This document shows, piece after piece, positions 50,501 to 63,557 of a stretch of DNA of 64,000 bases; the first letter of the stretch is position 1, and each line of letters starts with the position of its first letter. The notes below the pieces were generated by a model, which was not told the DNA's origin, did not search any database, and saw only the letters and a list, made by a program, of their open reading frames with translations. The position numbers and the translations under genes were made by a program. Source of the DNA: Monocercomonoides exilis PA203 (Eukaryota > Protista > Preaxostyla); the NCBI GenBank assembly GCA_001643675.2, contig LSRY02000015.1, forward strand, positions 1,736,001 to 1,800,000, read 5' to 3'.

Positions 50501-51302
50501 AGAAAGAGGAGGAGATAAACGAACTGAAGAAGAAGAGGGACGATGAAAAGGAGTCGTTCACAGAGATGGAGAAGAAGGTGTATGTGCTGACAAGCGAGTT
50601 GGAGAAGAAGAAGGCTGAGTTGGAAGCGCTGGAGAAGGAGCACAAAGAGGCAAAGGCGTCTCCAGAGGCAGCGAAAGAGGAGAAGAAGGAAGAGAAGAAG
50701 TCAGAAGACGACAAAGAAAAAGAGAAAAAAGAGGCAGAGGCAGCTGCGTCGGCGTTTGACGAGTCGTTTTGGAAGGACAAGCTGAGCAAAGCAGAAGGAG
50801 AAATCGACAAACTGCAGAAAGAGCTGAAGGAGTTGAAAGAGCAACAGGCAGCTGCAGCTGCGTCTGCTTCGTCTGCCTCTTCTTCTTCTTCTGCTTCTTC
50901 TGCTTCTTCTGCTTCTGCTTCATCATCAGCCTCGTCCTCATCCATCCCTGCTGCTCCTGCACTCCTTGGAGCAGCTTCCATCCCTCCTGCTCCTTCCATT
51001 CCGAGTGCCCCTCCACTGCCAGGTGCTTCAACTATCCCAGCAGCACCTGCCATCCCATCTGCCCCTCCGCTTCCTGGACAGTCGACTATTCCTGCTGCTC
51101 CGTCGATTCCACAAGGTTTGGTGAGGGTACATTTGTTTGATTTGTTAGTGATTGTGTTAGTGTTATTATGGATTAGTTATAAGTTTTTTAAACAATTTTT
51201 GACTTTTTTTTGTTTTGCTTTGTTTTGCTTTGCTTTGCTTTGTTTTGTTTTGTTTTGTTTTGTTTTGTTTTGTTTTGTTTTGTTTTGTTTTGTTTTGTTT
51301 TG

Positions 51303-51333
<31 letters not shown>

Positions 51334-53786
51334 TATTTTGTTCTTTAACTTCAAATATTTTTATTTATTTATTTATTTATTTATTATCCAATTCAGCTCC
51401 ATCAATCCCAGCAGCACCTTCCATTCCTGCAGCCCCGTCTATTCCAGGTGCCCCGGCCATCCCAGCTGCTCCATCAATCCCTGGAGCTCCTGCCATCCCT
51501 GGTGCACCTGCCATCCCTGGTGCCCCGGCAATTCCAGGCGCGCCTGCTATTCCTGGTGCTCCTGCTGGTTTGTGGAAAATTATACCATTTATAATAATTC
51601 ATTTTTTTATTTAATTCAAATTGATTATTCGTTTTTAATAGCACCTGCAATTCCAATGCTTCCAAAGAAGCAGCCACGCAAAGCTAAAGTTGCAATGAAA
51701 GTGTTCCATTGGTCGAAGATTCCTGACAGAAACATCGAGAAGTCTATTTGGAAGGTGTGTAATGATTCATCTTTTGTGTCTATTATCTTTTTTTTCTTTT
51801 TTATTCTTTCTTTTTTTTAAAAAAAAATTATTCACAGAATCTTGATGATACCCACGTGAAACTCGACGAAAGTGAACTTGAACTTCTCTTCAACAAGCCC
51901 TCTCTCACTCGGAGTGCTATTTCTTCCTCTTCTTCGAGCAGCGCGGCAAACGCCCCACCGAAAGAGGTTATTCCTCAGCTGCTCGATGGAAAGCGTGCTG
52001 CTGACTGTGGAATTATGCTCTTCCAGTTTGGGTCGATGGGTCCGAAGGGAGTTGCCGATGCCATCAGAATGTGCAGCGGATCGTTGACTGGAGAGAAACT
52101 GAAGGCGCTTTTGAACTTTGTGCCAACGAGCGAAGAGAGAGAGACTTTGACGTCGTTTGAAGGTGACCCGTCGAAGCAGAGCAAACAGGAGCAGTTCTTC
52201 CTGGAGATTGTGAAGATCCCGCGTTTGGAGGAGAGACTGAGGTGTTTGCTGTTTATGCAGAAAGCTGAAGAGCAGCTTTCAGACATTATGACATCGCTGT
52301 CAACGCTGAAGGATGCCTGCAATTGTGTGCAGAAAGGGAAAGCGCTCAAGCAGACACTGGAGATTGTGCTTGCATTGGGTAACTTTTTGAATGGAACGAC
52401 TGCACAGGGATGTGCCTATGGTGTGAAGTTGGATACGCTGAGGAAGATGAAGGAGTTCAAATCAACACCCAAGCCAGCAGGTGCTGCCTCTTCTGAGAAT
52501 GCTGAAGAGAAAGGCGACGATATGCCGCTGTGGATGAAGTCAGGGACCATCACACTGTTCCAGTATTTGGTGCATGCGATGGAGAAGCGTGGATTGGTGA
52601 GTGCACTGAAAGAGGAGTGCAAATGTCTGAAGGATGCAGCACAGATTCCGTTGTCGTCTGTGCAGCAGGAAGCAAACGAGGTGAATGAAGGTGTGAATCT
52701 GATTATGAACGAGCTCAAAACGATTGAGACAGCCATCACAGCGTATGAATCAAAGGACAAGAAAGGAAAGAGCAAACCTTCAGAAGAGAAAGCAGAAGAA
52801 GCAGAAAAGGAAAGTGGGGAAGGTGAAGGAGGAGAAGGTGAAGGTGAAGAATCATCAGCATCTTCCTCTTCGTCTTCTTCGCATTCGAGCTCCCCATCAC
52901 CAGGCCCAGGCAGCGAAGGTTCGAATTCTCTTCTGCAGACGCCCGAGCAGTATGAGGCTGCGAAGGTGTTCCTCTCCAAAATGCAGATGTTCTATGACTC
53001 GTTCCTGTTGAAGCAGGCAAACCTTTCGAAGACAAAGGAGGACACAGAAAACGCAATCACAGAAACAACCACAATGTTCAATGAAGATCCAAAGAAGGTT
53101 CCATCAGAGGAGTTCTTCTCAATCTTTGTCGACTTCCTTGTCAGTGTTGATGTATGTGCACATTGTGTTATGATTGAATGTGTTTTGATATTAAAATAAA
53201 ATATTTTTCTATGTTTTCATATTTCTTTATTATTGAAATTTTATATATTGGATATTTTTTTTTATTTATTTAAATTTTAAATCATATATATCTTTTTTTT
53301 GGCTGATTCTTCAATGTTTCTAATGATAATCTTCAGAAAACAAGCGACGACATCAAGAAAAAGGAAGAAAAAGAGCGGAAGGACCGCGAAAAGAGAGAGC
53401 GAGAAGAAAGAAAGAAGCTTGGGCTGCCTTCAAACTCACCCAGCGGTGGAGCGAGATCATGGGCCAACAGAGGAGCAGCAGCTTCTTCAGCGTCTTCTTC
53501 TTCTCCGTCGTCATCTGCGTCTCAGCTGGGTACTTCCGCGTCTTCTGCAGCAGACGGAGAAAGCAAAGACGAGGCGAAGGAGCAAGACGCGTCATCGCCT
53601 GGCTCTGAGCAGAAGAGCGGTGGAATTGGAGGAAGGATTGGCATTGGCAAGCTGGCGTTGGGTGGAGGAGAAGGGCAGAAGGACATTATGAATGCAATTT
53701 CCCAGCAGATCGCGTCGGGTGCTTTGCTGAGGAGAAACAGAGGAGGTGTTGGCGCCAGAGGCCCTGGGCTGAGCGGACTCCCATAA
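47536..53786 (+). CDS. Diaphanous-like formin (GBD/FH3, coiled coil, atypical FH1, FH2, DAD-like tail), multi-exon
   Basis: FH2 motifs MKVFHWSKIP....KSIW, LLDGKRA..CGIML, IPRLEERL, LEIVLALGNFLNG...G.AYGVKLDTL.KM and EEFFSIFVDF. N-terminal QQFVEADGLQALL, KVLMNNAVGL and LINAIL....R..IR.EL. C-terminal IMNAISQQIASGALLRRNR. Exon boundaries are approximate. Confidence 0.9.
51207..51342. repeat. (TTTTG)n microsatellite inside a formin intron
   Basis: More than 20 TTTTG/CTTTG units, between the two PAAPSI-repeat exons. Confidence 0.95.
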
Positions 53787-54485
53787 TGTCTTGTCTGGTT
53801 GCTCATGGTTTGTGATTTAAGAAAAGCCAAACATTCACTTTTGCAGTTCTTAGCTGTTAGAAGAGGCATACTTTTGGCAATTTTCAGAGATTATTTCTTG
53901 CAACAACATCGTGTGTTAGTTACCGATATGTAATTCATTGATTTGTACAACTTTTGATTGTATACTTCATAGGCATTCATGCACTTCAAACGCATTTAAT
54001 TTCTTTTGTTCTGTTTTAGCAATTTTTTAATTAGAAGTCAGATATAATTTGTTAGAAAACATCTCACACTTTTATTTTGTAATCTAGAAGCTTGGTTAAA
54101 CTCTTGAAGCTTCTTTGTTTCTGATCTGCTTTCTTAAAACAATATTTTTTCGCATGTGAATATTTAAACGTTATTTTTAATTAAAACAGTTATTTATTGA
54201 GAAAATTTGTTGTTATTTGTATTTTTTTATAAGAGGAAAATCAGTTGTTAAAAAAGAGATTTTACAAAAATGGTGTGAAAATGAATGATCTGATTCACAT
54301 TAAAAGAAAAATGATTTTTTGAGCTCATTTTGGCTTTGTTCTTTCGGTTCAAATGAGTTTCGATAAATGAAAAAATAACTTATTTGAATAACTTTTAGTG
54401 AGCTGTGCAGAGCAAATGTTCGTTTTTCTAATACATCATTATTAAATTGAATATAATCGCTCACATAGGAAGAAATGGAAGTTTT

Positions 54486-54516
<31 letters not shown>

Positions 54517-54828
54517 TGACACAGTGCGATGAAAATTTTTCTGAGAGTGTGATTTTTTTTGAAAAAATAAACATTTTGCAAAATAGTTACATTTGTTCCT
54601 GAGAAAGAAACAAATGGCTGATTCTTTTAAAAATCACACGTTCATTCGAGTTTTGGTCGAAATTTTTTACCGCAATGGAATACTGAAAAGAACACTTTTT
54701 CTTTAAAACATCATCATAAGCTACATGAAATAACTGTTGAAGTTCATATTTTCATAAATCTCTTTGAGATTTAATTTTTGATCAAAACTCAAATAAAAGA
54801 ATCATATCAAAAAGGATTAGCCACGTAA

Positions 54829-56856
54829 TATAGTGTGATTTATAAACCTGGACTTTAATATAATTTTGGTTTGAAAAAAAAATTTTTTTTTTATTCTAAC
54901 AATCATGTTTTAATTCTTAAAATTGAAATTATAAATAATATCCATAATCAACAAGTTCTCTCTATTCAATTTTTCCTGGAATTTTTCAGCTTAGGTTCAT
55001 CATCCAAACCATCATCATTCATTATATTATATTTGCGATATCTCCTTTTTTGGGCTTTTCAGTTGCGAGAAGAATTCTGCTTCATTTTCATGATTATTAT
55101 CTTGTCTTATCTTATTTTCAATTATTTTTTCTTCTCTTCTCCATTCTTCAAAGAATTGTTGTTTGGTTGTGTTTTTTACAGAAAAATCAAGTCTGCGTGT
55201 TCTCTTTTTTAGTGTCACCGAATGTCTCTTTGGTATGCCAGATAAAATTGAATACCGCTCTTTTGAAAGCGCAAAGCTTTTCTTGAACAAAGAAAAGATA
55301 ATTGCAGGAAGCAATGCCGTCTGATGGGCTTGTGGAAGAACGTTGGAGAGAAATGGAAGAATTCGGAGGCACAGAGTGCAGAGGGTTGATTCATTTCTTG
55401 AAAATAGAAAACACACCACGATAAAGAGGGCGTGCGATGTGTGAACTGTGAGGAATAAAAGTGACGATGTTATTATTGTCATCGGTCAATTTCTGCCAGA
55501 CATCAAGCTGAGCCCGAGAAGAATGAGAATCCAAAAAATGAAGATATCTTTTATGGTTCTTCATTAAAATATCCCCTCTTTCGATGATTCCATTCAGTTT
55601 AACCTCCTATGCATATCTTTTGAAAATGCTTTCTGTCGTCCATCCTTCGTTGTTGTCCCAAACGTCCATCTACGCAGTCAACAGAACTCGCATCTCCTTT
55701 GGTAATTTGTGGCATGGACACAACACAACGCTTTTGAGAGAATAACCATTTGCAGCAGCTGAGACAACCAAAGTTGCATATGGCATGTTTGGAAGTGTTG
55801 TATGGAAACAGGCTGGCACTCCTGAAGTGTTAATAACCAGAGTTTTGAAGGAATAAGATAGGCACAGTGAAGATTCATCAGGGTCAAGGATCAAAGAATA
55901 TGAATAATAATGTGAATCATGAAGATTTTACAGAAGCTCGAAGAAAAGTGAAACAGCGTGTTCGTTGGATACTGAAAGACATTGGATATCCACATTTGTG
56001 TGCATGGATGCTTTGAGCTCTGAATACCTTTTTGTAAATAAATATGAATATGCTTATGATACACTGGCATTTTTATCAGCTTCATTCTCTGAACGCCTTT
56101 TTTGTAGGAAAGGACGGATTCAATCTGCAAAATACTAATTATGAAAAACAAAATAAAAAAGTGAAGATGAAAACAGACAAATTCACTTGTTCTCTTGGTA
56201 TTAAAACTTGTTCCTGATAAACTTTTAATTTTTAATGACTCGGACAATAGGATTTTTATCATCTTCATTGTACAGTTATGACCCACCAGATTTTCCAACA
56301 TCCCTTCCACTCTCAACTGCTGAAACTGCTCTGAAAACCGCAGAATGAGAGAATTCTTTAGAATTTATTGAGTCAATAATTCGAACAATGCCATCAACAA
56401 CAATACATGACATGGACTTGAAACGATTTTCAAAACTTCGATATTCAAATGTTATCATTTTTTCTCGAATAATCGACTGGCCATTTTCTTTTTTGTTAAG
56501 CACTGTGTTTATACCAAAAACAATTGAAAGAAATCTTTCAAAATTTCACAAAAATAGTTTTTTTTTCTAATGAAAATTAAAATGTTTTTATGGATTTAAT
56601 ACTCACTCAATTAACCCCGTTGTTATAGCCTTATCTCTTCAGGAGATGCACAAACCAGAGATGGAGGAGCAAACACTCCATCCACACCTCCATCAGAGAT
56701 TAAATGTCGTGATTTTATTAAAATTTCTAACTTTTGACTTTTAGTTAAAAACCGAAAACAGTATCAAAAATCTGAAAAGTGGATAAAATCTATTTTCAAT
56801 TACAAAAAAAAAATTCCAGTGTTTTCAAAAAGTTCGAAATAACAAATCACACTATA
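54829..56856 (-). mobile_element. Decayed pogo/Fot1-like (DDE_1) DNA transposon, copy 1
   Basis: Minus-strand fragments EYRSFENRF...AVSAVESGRDVGKSG, ATLVVSAAANGYSLKSVVL and VHTSHAL parallel copy 2. Many stops and frameshifts. 54-nt intron at 56125-56178. Candidate TIR TATAGTGTGATTT at 54829 with its inverse ending at 56856 (ends less certain). Confidence 0.65.
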
Positions 56857-56990
56857 CACACATGATTATTTTCCTTATTGATTGAATCAAACGGATTGTT
56901 TTCATCGTTTTCATTGAAATGTTTTTTTCTTTATAATCAAAACTTGCAAGTGTGTTTTCGTGTCTTTCTCTTTGACTTTTTGAGAATCAC

Positions 56991-57021
56991 AAAAAAAAAT
57001 AAAAAATAAAAAATAAAAAAT

Positions 57022-57058
<37 letters not shown>

Positions 57059-57093
57059 AAATAAAAAATAAAAAAAAAAAAAAAAAAAAAAAA
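56991..57093. repeat. (AAAAAAT)n / poly-A microsatellite
   Basis: Direct reading of the sequence. Confidence 0.9.
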
Positions 57094-57388
57094 CACTTTT
57101 TATAAAAATGTTCCACATCATATCATCAGAAATGAAAAACAAACAAAACAATACATCTGTTTTTTTGAACTACATCTTTTCCATAAATTTTTGATTTTAG
57201 AAAAAATCAATGTCAGTTTTCTTCAAGTTTATTTCTAATACTGCCTTTTCTACTATGTCAAAAGCAATACTCACTTATTCAAAAAGTCATTCATAACCAA
57301 AATTTTTTAAGAGGTATTATTTTTTTTGAAACTCTTCAAAAATCCGTTTTTCGTTGGATCAGTATATTTTTTATTTGTAACTTCTCCA

Positions 57389-58862
57389 ATGTCCTCAGAC
57401 ACAAAGTATTACGATATTCTAGGAATAACTAAAGAAGCAACAGATGATGAAATAAAGAAAGCTTATCGGAAGGCAGCTATTAAATGGCATCCGGATAAAA
57501 ATGTTTGATAATAATATTTAGAATCCTCCTGTGAAATTTTTTAATCATTGTTAATGTTATTGAACATTTTGCATATTTTATATCATTTGTTAAATATGCT
57601 ATTGCTTTATTAGCCCGGAAATCCAGAAGCAACAGAAAAGTTCAAACAAATTGGAGAAGCGTACGAAGTCTTAAGCGACCCAAAAAAACGAGAACTATAT
57701 GATAAGTTTGGATTCTTTAAAAGTTTTTATTCAATAATACATAAATTTTGATTGTAGATATGGAGAAGAAGGAATGAAAGAAGGTGGAGGAGTTCAATTT
57801 CACAGTGCCACTGATCTGTTTGATTCCATTTTTGGAGGCGGTCTTTTTGGAAGGTCAGCTCCGCAAAAACCCACAAAAGGAGATGATGTTGTTCATCACA
57901 TTAAGTTTTCCCTCGAAGATCTCTATGCGGGAAAAAAGAAGAAGCTCCGAATTTCAGCAAAAAAAGTTTGCAGTCTTTGCAAGGGATATGGATCTACAAA
58001 GCCAAATGCAGTTGTAAAATGCACGGTTTGCAATGGAACAGGAATGCAAACGATCACGCAACAGCTTGGACCCGGATTTATTTCAACTTCAAGGCAACCT
58101 TGCAGAGCATGCAGGCAAAGAGGAGAAGTCATCAAAGATGAAGATCGGTGTCCTTTGTGCAATGGAGAGAAAACAAGAACGGAACAGAAAGATCTTGAAT
58201 TTACTGTCGAAGCAGGCTCATACGATGGACAAAAAGTGGTGCTACGTAATGAAGGTGATGAAGAGCCTGGAGTTGAAGCAGGTGATTTAATTATTGTTAT
58301 TGATGAGAAGCCTCATGACACTTTTCAGCGAAAAGGAAGAGATCTAGTTATGAACAAAACTATCACATTGGGAGAAGCATTATGCGGATTTGAGTTTTCT
58401 GTTACAACTTTGGATAAAAGGCAACTTTTGATTAAGCCAAATCCTGAAGACGTAATTAAGCCTGGTGCTATTAGATGCATTCCAAATGAAGGAATGCCCG
58501 TGTATCGATCACCTTTGGATAAAGGTTCATTAGTTATAAAATTTGAAGTCGAATTTCCTGAAAAAGGTTCAATTTCAGATGAAAGGAAAAGTGCAATTGC
58601 AAAAATCCTTCCTGCACCATCATCTTCATTTACTCCAGGATTTACTTCACTTTCTGCTCAAAAGAAAGCAAAAGGAGGTAAGCCTTCAAGCTCTGCAACA
58701 ACTTCAACAAATACAAGCGATTTTGAAGAAGCTGAACTTACTGAATTTTCATCAGGAGGAGATCACAGCGCTTATTCATCTAGTTATAGCGGTTCATATG
58801 ATGATTACGAAGGAAGCGGAAGAAGAGGTGGGACCCACGTACAGGCTTGTACAATATGCTAA
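57389..58862 (+). CDS. DNAJA: Type I DnaJ/Hsp40 (DNAJA/Ydj1-like), 3 exons
   Basis: J domain YYDILG...[15 protein letters not shown]|P...[23 protein letters not shown]|YG. Four CxxC zinc-finger repeats and a C-terminal CaaX-like CTIC. Introns at ~57503-57613 and ~57706-57757. Confidence 0.95.
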
Positions 58863-59103
58863 AACCGTTGTAAAATGACTATTTCAAAAATAATATAACA
58901 ATTGAATTTCGAGAAATAACATTTTTTGTTAGCTTTTTTTTAAATTTATCTTTTTTTTAAAACATTTTTTTAATTTTCACTTCATTTCCCTCAAACATTC
59001 GCATTTCAAAATTTTATAATTTGGAAGTTGATTCATTAACAAAACAGAATTTGAATGAAACATAATTCATTAATTACAAAAATCCTAGTTGAGAAATAAA
59101 AAT

Positions 59104-59187
59104 TCTCCCCAGCCGGGTTCGAACCAGCGACCTCAAGATAACAGCTTTTTCTACAGTCTCGCGCTCTTCCAACTGAGCTATGGAGAG
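59104..59187 (-). tRNA. tRNA-Tyr(GTA) with 11-nt intron (59140-59150)
   Basis: Minus strand: CTCTCCA-TAGCTCAGTTGGAAGAGCG-CGAGA CT GTA G [AAAAAGCTGTT] A TCTTG-AGGTC-GCTGGTTCGAACCCGGC-TGGGGAG-A. A and B boxes present; intron at the canonical 37/38 position. Confidence 0.95.
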
Positions 59188-59251
59188 AACTTAAAAGAAC
59201 TTGTTCGAATTTTCCCTGCCACACCAAACTGATTGAGTAACAACGTATTAA

Positions 59252-61496
59252 AGGATAGTGTTTTCATTGGAACCTATTTTTGATGGCACCTTTTTTTTAT
59301 TTCTTTGTGAAATATATAATTTTCTATAAGAAACAAAGATTGTTTGCACAAACAATTGTTTTTGTCATCAGCGGATGAATAGATGTTCTTATTTGATTTC
59401 GGGGAAACAGTGAAATATGTTAGTGAAATTCTTGTATGAAAAAAACATGACAAATTCTTTTTAAAAACAAATAGAATAAACAAAAATTTATTAAAGCAAA
59501 TACTACCTATATCAAAACTTGAAAAGTCTTTTGGCTGCTTTTAATGGACTTTTTTTATGATCATTTCCCAAAAAATTGATTTGTATTTTAATGATCAAAA
59601 AAAAGCTGAAGAAGGAAAAAGAAAAATGCAAGCAGAAATGGCGTCGATTGACTATCGCATTTATGAAAATAGACTCGAGAGAATGGCGCGAATTCTGATT
59701 GATGGAAAAGCCAGGCTTGTGGATGCGACGAACTTCTGTGAATTTTCAAAAAAAACTCTCATCCATGCAGTGAAGGCTGTTAAAAGTGACAGGGATGTTG
59801 CCAAAGGAGGAAGACCTTCATTGCTGCGCAAGGAAAAAAAGGAAATTGTTACAGACGTTATAAAAATTGAAGCAAAGTGTGGAACAAACCTGACAGTGAA
59901 GAAAACAAAAGAATTGGTTTGTAAAATATTTTTCTTCTATTTATTTGTTTCTATTTGGAGAATTTTTTTTGTAAAGTTCCTTTTGTTTTATTTTCTAATA
60001 GAATAATAATTTCATATTTCGATCAATTTTCTGTTCCCACTCACCAAATTTCGCTGTCATGAAAGTGAAAGCATTGTGATGTTATTTTTTTCATGACATC
60101 GAAATTTGGTGAGTGGGAACAGAAAATTGATCGAAATATGAAATTATTATTCTATTAGAAAATAAAACAAAAGGAACTTTTCAAAAAAATTAGCCGTTTA
60201 GATTGAAAATGCGATAGAAGATGAAGATTCAGAGATTTCAATTGATGCTTCACCAAAAAAAGAAATTTCAAAATCCGCGGCTTATTCCTTCTTGCGAAAT
60301 CAACCCGAATTGAAATTACAAAAGCCAAAAATTACGGATTCAAAACGTCTTGCAGCATCTTGTCAAGACGCTTTGAAACCTTGGTACGAAATGCTTGATG
60401 ATTTGCATTCAAAGTTCAAACACCGAAGGGAGATAATCTTTTATGTGGATGAAACATCACCGAGATTATCAGATAATTGCTAAAAACTTGTTGCGACATC
60501 CTCGGAATCTCCTTCAGCCTGTTGTCTAGCATTTTCGAGAGTTCGAAACGTGATACATGTGACTGCTGTTTCCTCGGATGGTTTTTCTTTGCACTCAATT
60601 GTTCTTTGGCCTAGTTCAAATGTTCCGGTAGAGTTGACTCCTTTTCTATCTTCTTCGCTTGATGTGTAGTGCAATACGAACGGTTGGATGATCTATTCTC
60701 CTTTCGAACATTCCTCTTTGCACGTTCTTCTTCTTGAAATATTAGAACATAAGAAAAGAATGAAGTTTTCTGAAGAGATAAGTTTGGTATTTGTCGATTC
60801 GCACAGCTCTCATGCAAAACCTATTATTTGAAGAAAATTTTTGGAATCAAATGTGGATGTCATCACATTTGTTCCTCACACAACACATATTTCGCAACCT
60901 CTCGATAGAGGTGTTTTTGCTGTTCTTAAATCGGTTTTAAATTCATCAATAGAAATCCCTCAATCTTCAACAGCTTCTTCCAACAGAAGGGATTTGGTAG
61001 ACATCCTTCCTCAAGCTCTTCACTCTGCATTCGCACCATCAGTAATTAAGAATGCATTTGATGTAAGTGGTGATTTGTTTAGATCGTCAGGACCAGTTTT
61101 ACGTAAATTGCCCAAACACTCTTCATTTCCTTTACCCACTTGTTCAAATCGTTTTGATTTTTACGGAAAACTGCTCACAAATGAGGATTTCTTAGAAAAG
61201 TGGGAAGAAGATATATTTATTCGAACAAGTGCGAAATGTTCCGAAGCCGAAGAAGAAACAGAAAACATTGAAGATACTCTTCCATTAAAGTCAAAGAAGA
61301 AAAGAGTTTGTCGAAGAATTTTGCATGATGATTTGGAAAATATCGAAGAAGATAATTCTGCAGATCAAAGTTCAAAAAAAAAAAAAGAAAAATAAAAAGA
61401 CTATTTGAACCGAGTTTTGTTTATTTTTGCTAATTGATTCTGTATTTTTTGAATTTTATCACTTCAAAAATTAGGTGCAAATAAAAACACTAACCT
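59252..61496 (+). mobile_element. Decayed pogo/Fot1-like (DDE_1) DNA transposon, copy 2, ~2.25 kb with ~35-bp TIRs
   Basis: Transposase fragments GGRPSLL, FYVDET, NGWM, VFVDSHSSH and VPHTTHISQPLDRGVF, with stops and frameshifts. TIRs: AGGATAGTGTTTTCATTGGAACCTATTTTTGA versus AGGTTAGTGTTTTTATTTGCACCTAATTTTTGA (reverse complement of ~61464-61496). Intron 59917-60201. Confidence 0.85.
59961..60191. repeat. Near-perfect inverted repeat (~100-bp arms, 24-nt loop) inside the transposase intron
   Basis: 59973-60064 pairs with 60089-60180 with a single mismatch, and extends imperfectly to 59961/60191. Confidence 0.95.
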
Positions 61497-62052
61497 ATTT
61501 ATCTAAATGAATGTAATTCAATCAAAACGGAACTTTTTCTCTCTCAAAGTAGGCAACTCGACGAATTTCATTTTTTTTGTTTTAAAAGTTATGATCTAAA
61601 CTTTTTTGGTGTCTTTAATTACTTAGTCAACATTATGAGTTAGGTTTTAACATTTTGTTTGAATGTTTGTTATATATTACTAAAACTTTTTATGATCCGT
61701 TTTTTGAGTTTTGTTGATTTTTTGGACAGAACATTTATATCATGTTTATATGCAATTTTAATGAGGATAAATAACTTTTTACCATATTTAACTATATTTT
61801 TTATATGTTTTGTGTACATATAAAAGTATAAATGTTTAAATAATACTTTTTTAACAAATTCAGACATTTCACATTTTTATTTTTTGTTTTGAGTGTTAAC
61901 AATGAAATAAAGTTACTCAATGAAAATTTCTTGCATTTTTATTAATGATTAAAATTTATTTATATAAAAAAACAAGTCAATCAGAAAATCATATTATTAA
62001 TGGGAAAAAATGTCAGTGAGGTGAATAAAAAATTAACAAACAATAGAAAAAC

Positions 62053-63557
62053 TTACTGTCTTTGGTTTAACAAGCTCTGCAATGGGGTTTCACTTGCTCT
62101 TTTTTCTTTTTTTGAGGTGCTAGAGGAAGAAGCAGAAGGAAAGGAAAACGATGATGAGGATTGCTGAAGGCGAAGAGATCTCCACTGATTGGGAAAATAC
62201 CAAGCTTGAGAAAAATCATTGATTTCCATTTCTACTTCCATTTCGTCTCTTTCATTTATAATAATTTCATCTCTTCTTTCTTTTTCTTCTGCAGAAATTA
62301 TCTTTTTCTTATCTTTTTCTTCTTTTTCTTTGTCATTTTCTGACTGTGGGTCATGAGAATCGCCAAAAAAACATAGTTATGGTATTATTCATATTAAATC
62401 AAGTGTTTTTAACACCATAAACATTAATATGGGCAAAAAAATAAAATTATACTTATTTCTTTTGCAAGCAAAGATGTTACACTGGGAGTTAGTGGCAAGT
62501 CAGGGTTCAGTCTGTTTTTCAGTTTTGCTCTATATTTATCGTTGGTCACCTTTCTTGCTCTCATTCAATTAAAATAGTTAATATGCAAGTCCTTGACAAA
62601 CCTTCGATTTGCTTCAGAATCCTTCTCAGTTAGCGGATTGTGCAGAATGTGAAAATTAGCCAAGCAGCACGCAACAGAAAAGTAACTTCCAACTCTGAAG
62701 ACTTCAAAAGGCCAAGGATGGCGAAAGACAGCGAAAAGAGTCTTCAATCTTCCAAAGAAGCGCTCAACGATGACGCGGCGAGAAGCGAGGTGGGGAGTTC
62801 CGACTGGTTTGGATATAATAGCGTCAATTTCAGCTCTTGCACCAATGAAAGCGGAGTCTGCGAGCACTTTTGAGCCTCCTAGAAGAGCTTGAAATTGAGG
62901 GTAATGATCCTTAAAGATGTTAAAATCATGTGTGCTGCCTGTATTCACTGAACTGAGCGTGCATGCTGTGCCAATGCGAGGGTTGACTCCAACTTCTATT
63001 TTAACGCAGTATATGTGGTGCTTCCCACTGTAATACTTCTCTCCAAATTCCAAACGTCCAGCAGGCCGGTTGATAGGTATGACTGTGCAATCCACAACCA
63101 CTCCATCATTTTTCATGTCATCTAACATATCTGGCCGAAATGTTAACAACAAATCAGCCAAAGGTATTTTTAAATCATTCACAACACTATAAAGAAGTCG
63201 AATAAGAGCATTTTGTGTTTTGTAAAATGAAGAAGCCAAAAAATGAGTGAATGTTGCTGATCCAAGGTGCAAAAATGAAAGAAGCAAAAAAACTTGATCC
63301 TAAAAATTACTCAACGCTCTCTCTTTTCCTCTGTGATATGGAATTTCCTTTTGAAGAAGTTTCATATGAAGATCAAATTCACAACGAGAAAATCCTGTAA
63401 GTCTGAAAAATGCCTTTAATTTATCTCCTTCAAATTTTTGACAGGCAATTTTTATCAAAGATTCTTTCTCTTCAGATTCCTCGAGATGTGTTGGCTCAGA
63501 AATGCGATTTCTTTTTTCGACTTGAGTCAAAATACTCATAAATGTTGATTGAGACAT
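62053..63557 (-). mobile_element. PIF/Harbinger-ISL2EU (IS5-like, DDE_Tnp_4) transposase, probably pseudogenised
   Basis: FFRLTGFS...LSNF*DQVFLLL.FL..G (in-frame TAG at 63300), VVDCTVIPINRP, YYSGKHH.YCVK, GSTHD, VLADSAF, RVIVERFFGRLK..F. The frame stays open past TGA 62565 into a charged tail. TIRs not identified; 3' extent uncertain. Confidence 0.8.

Noticed and set aside
49779-51820. 424-aa antisense ORF and FCFVL / NKTKQ repeat ORFs
   Set aside because: Antisense of the formin coiled coil, and translations of the intronic TTTTG microsatellite.
56625-56705. GC-richer island with a small GATGGAG...CTCCATC hairpin, possible ncRNA
   Set aside because: No snRNA, snoRNA or SRP motifs recognised. 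It lies within the probable transposon end; an Rfam search would be needed.
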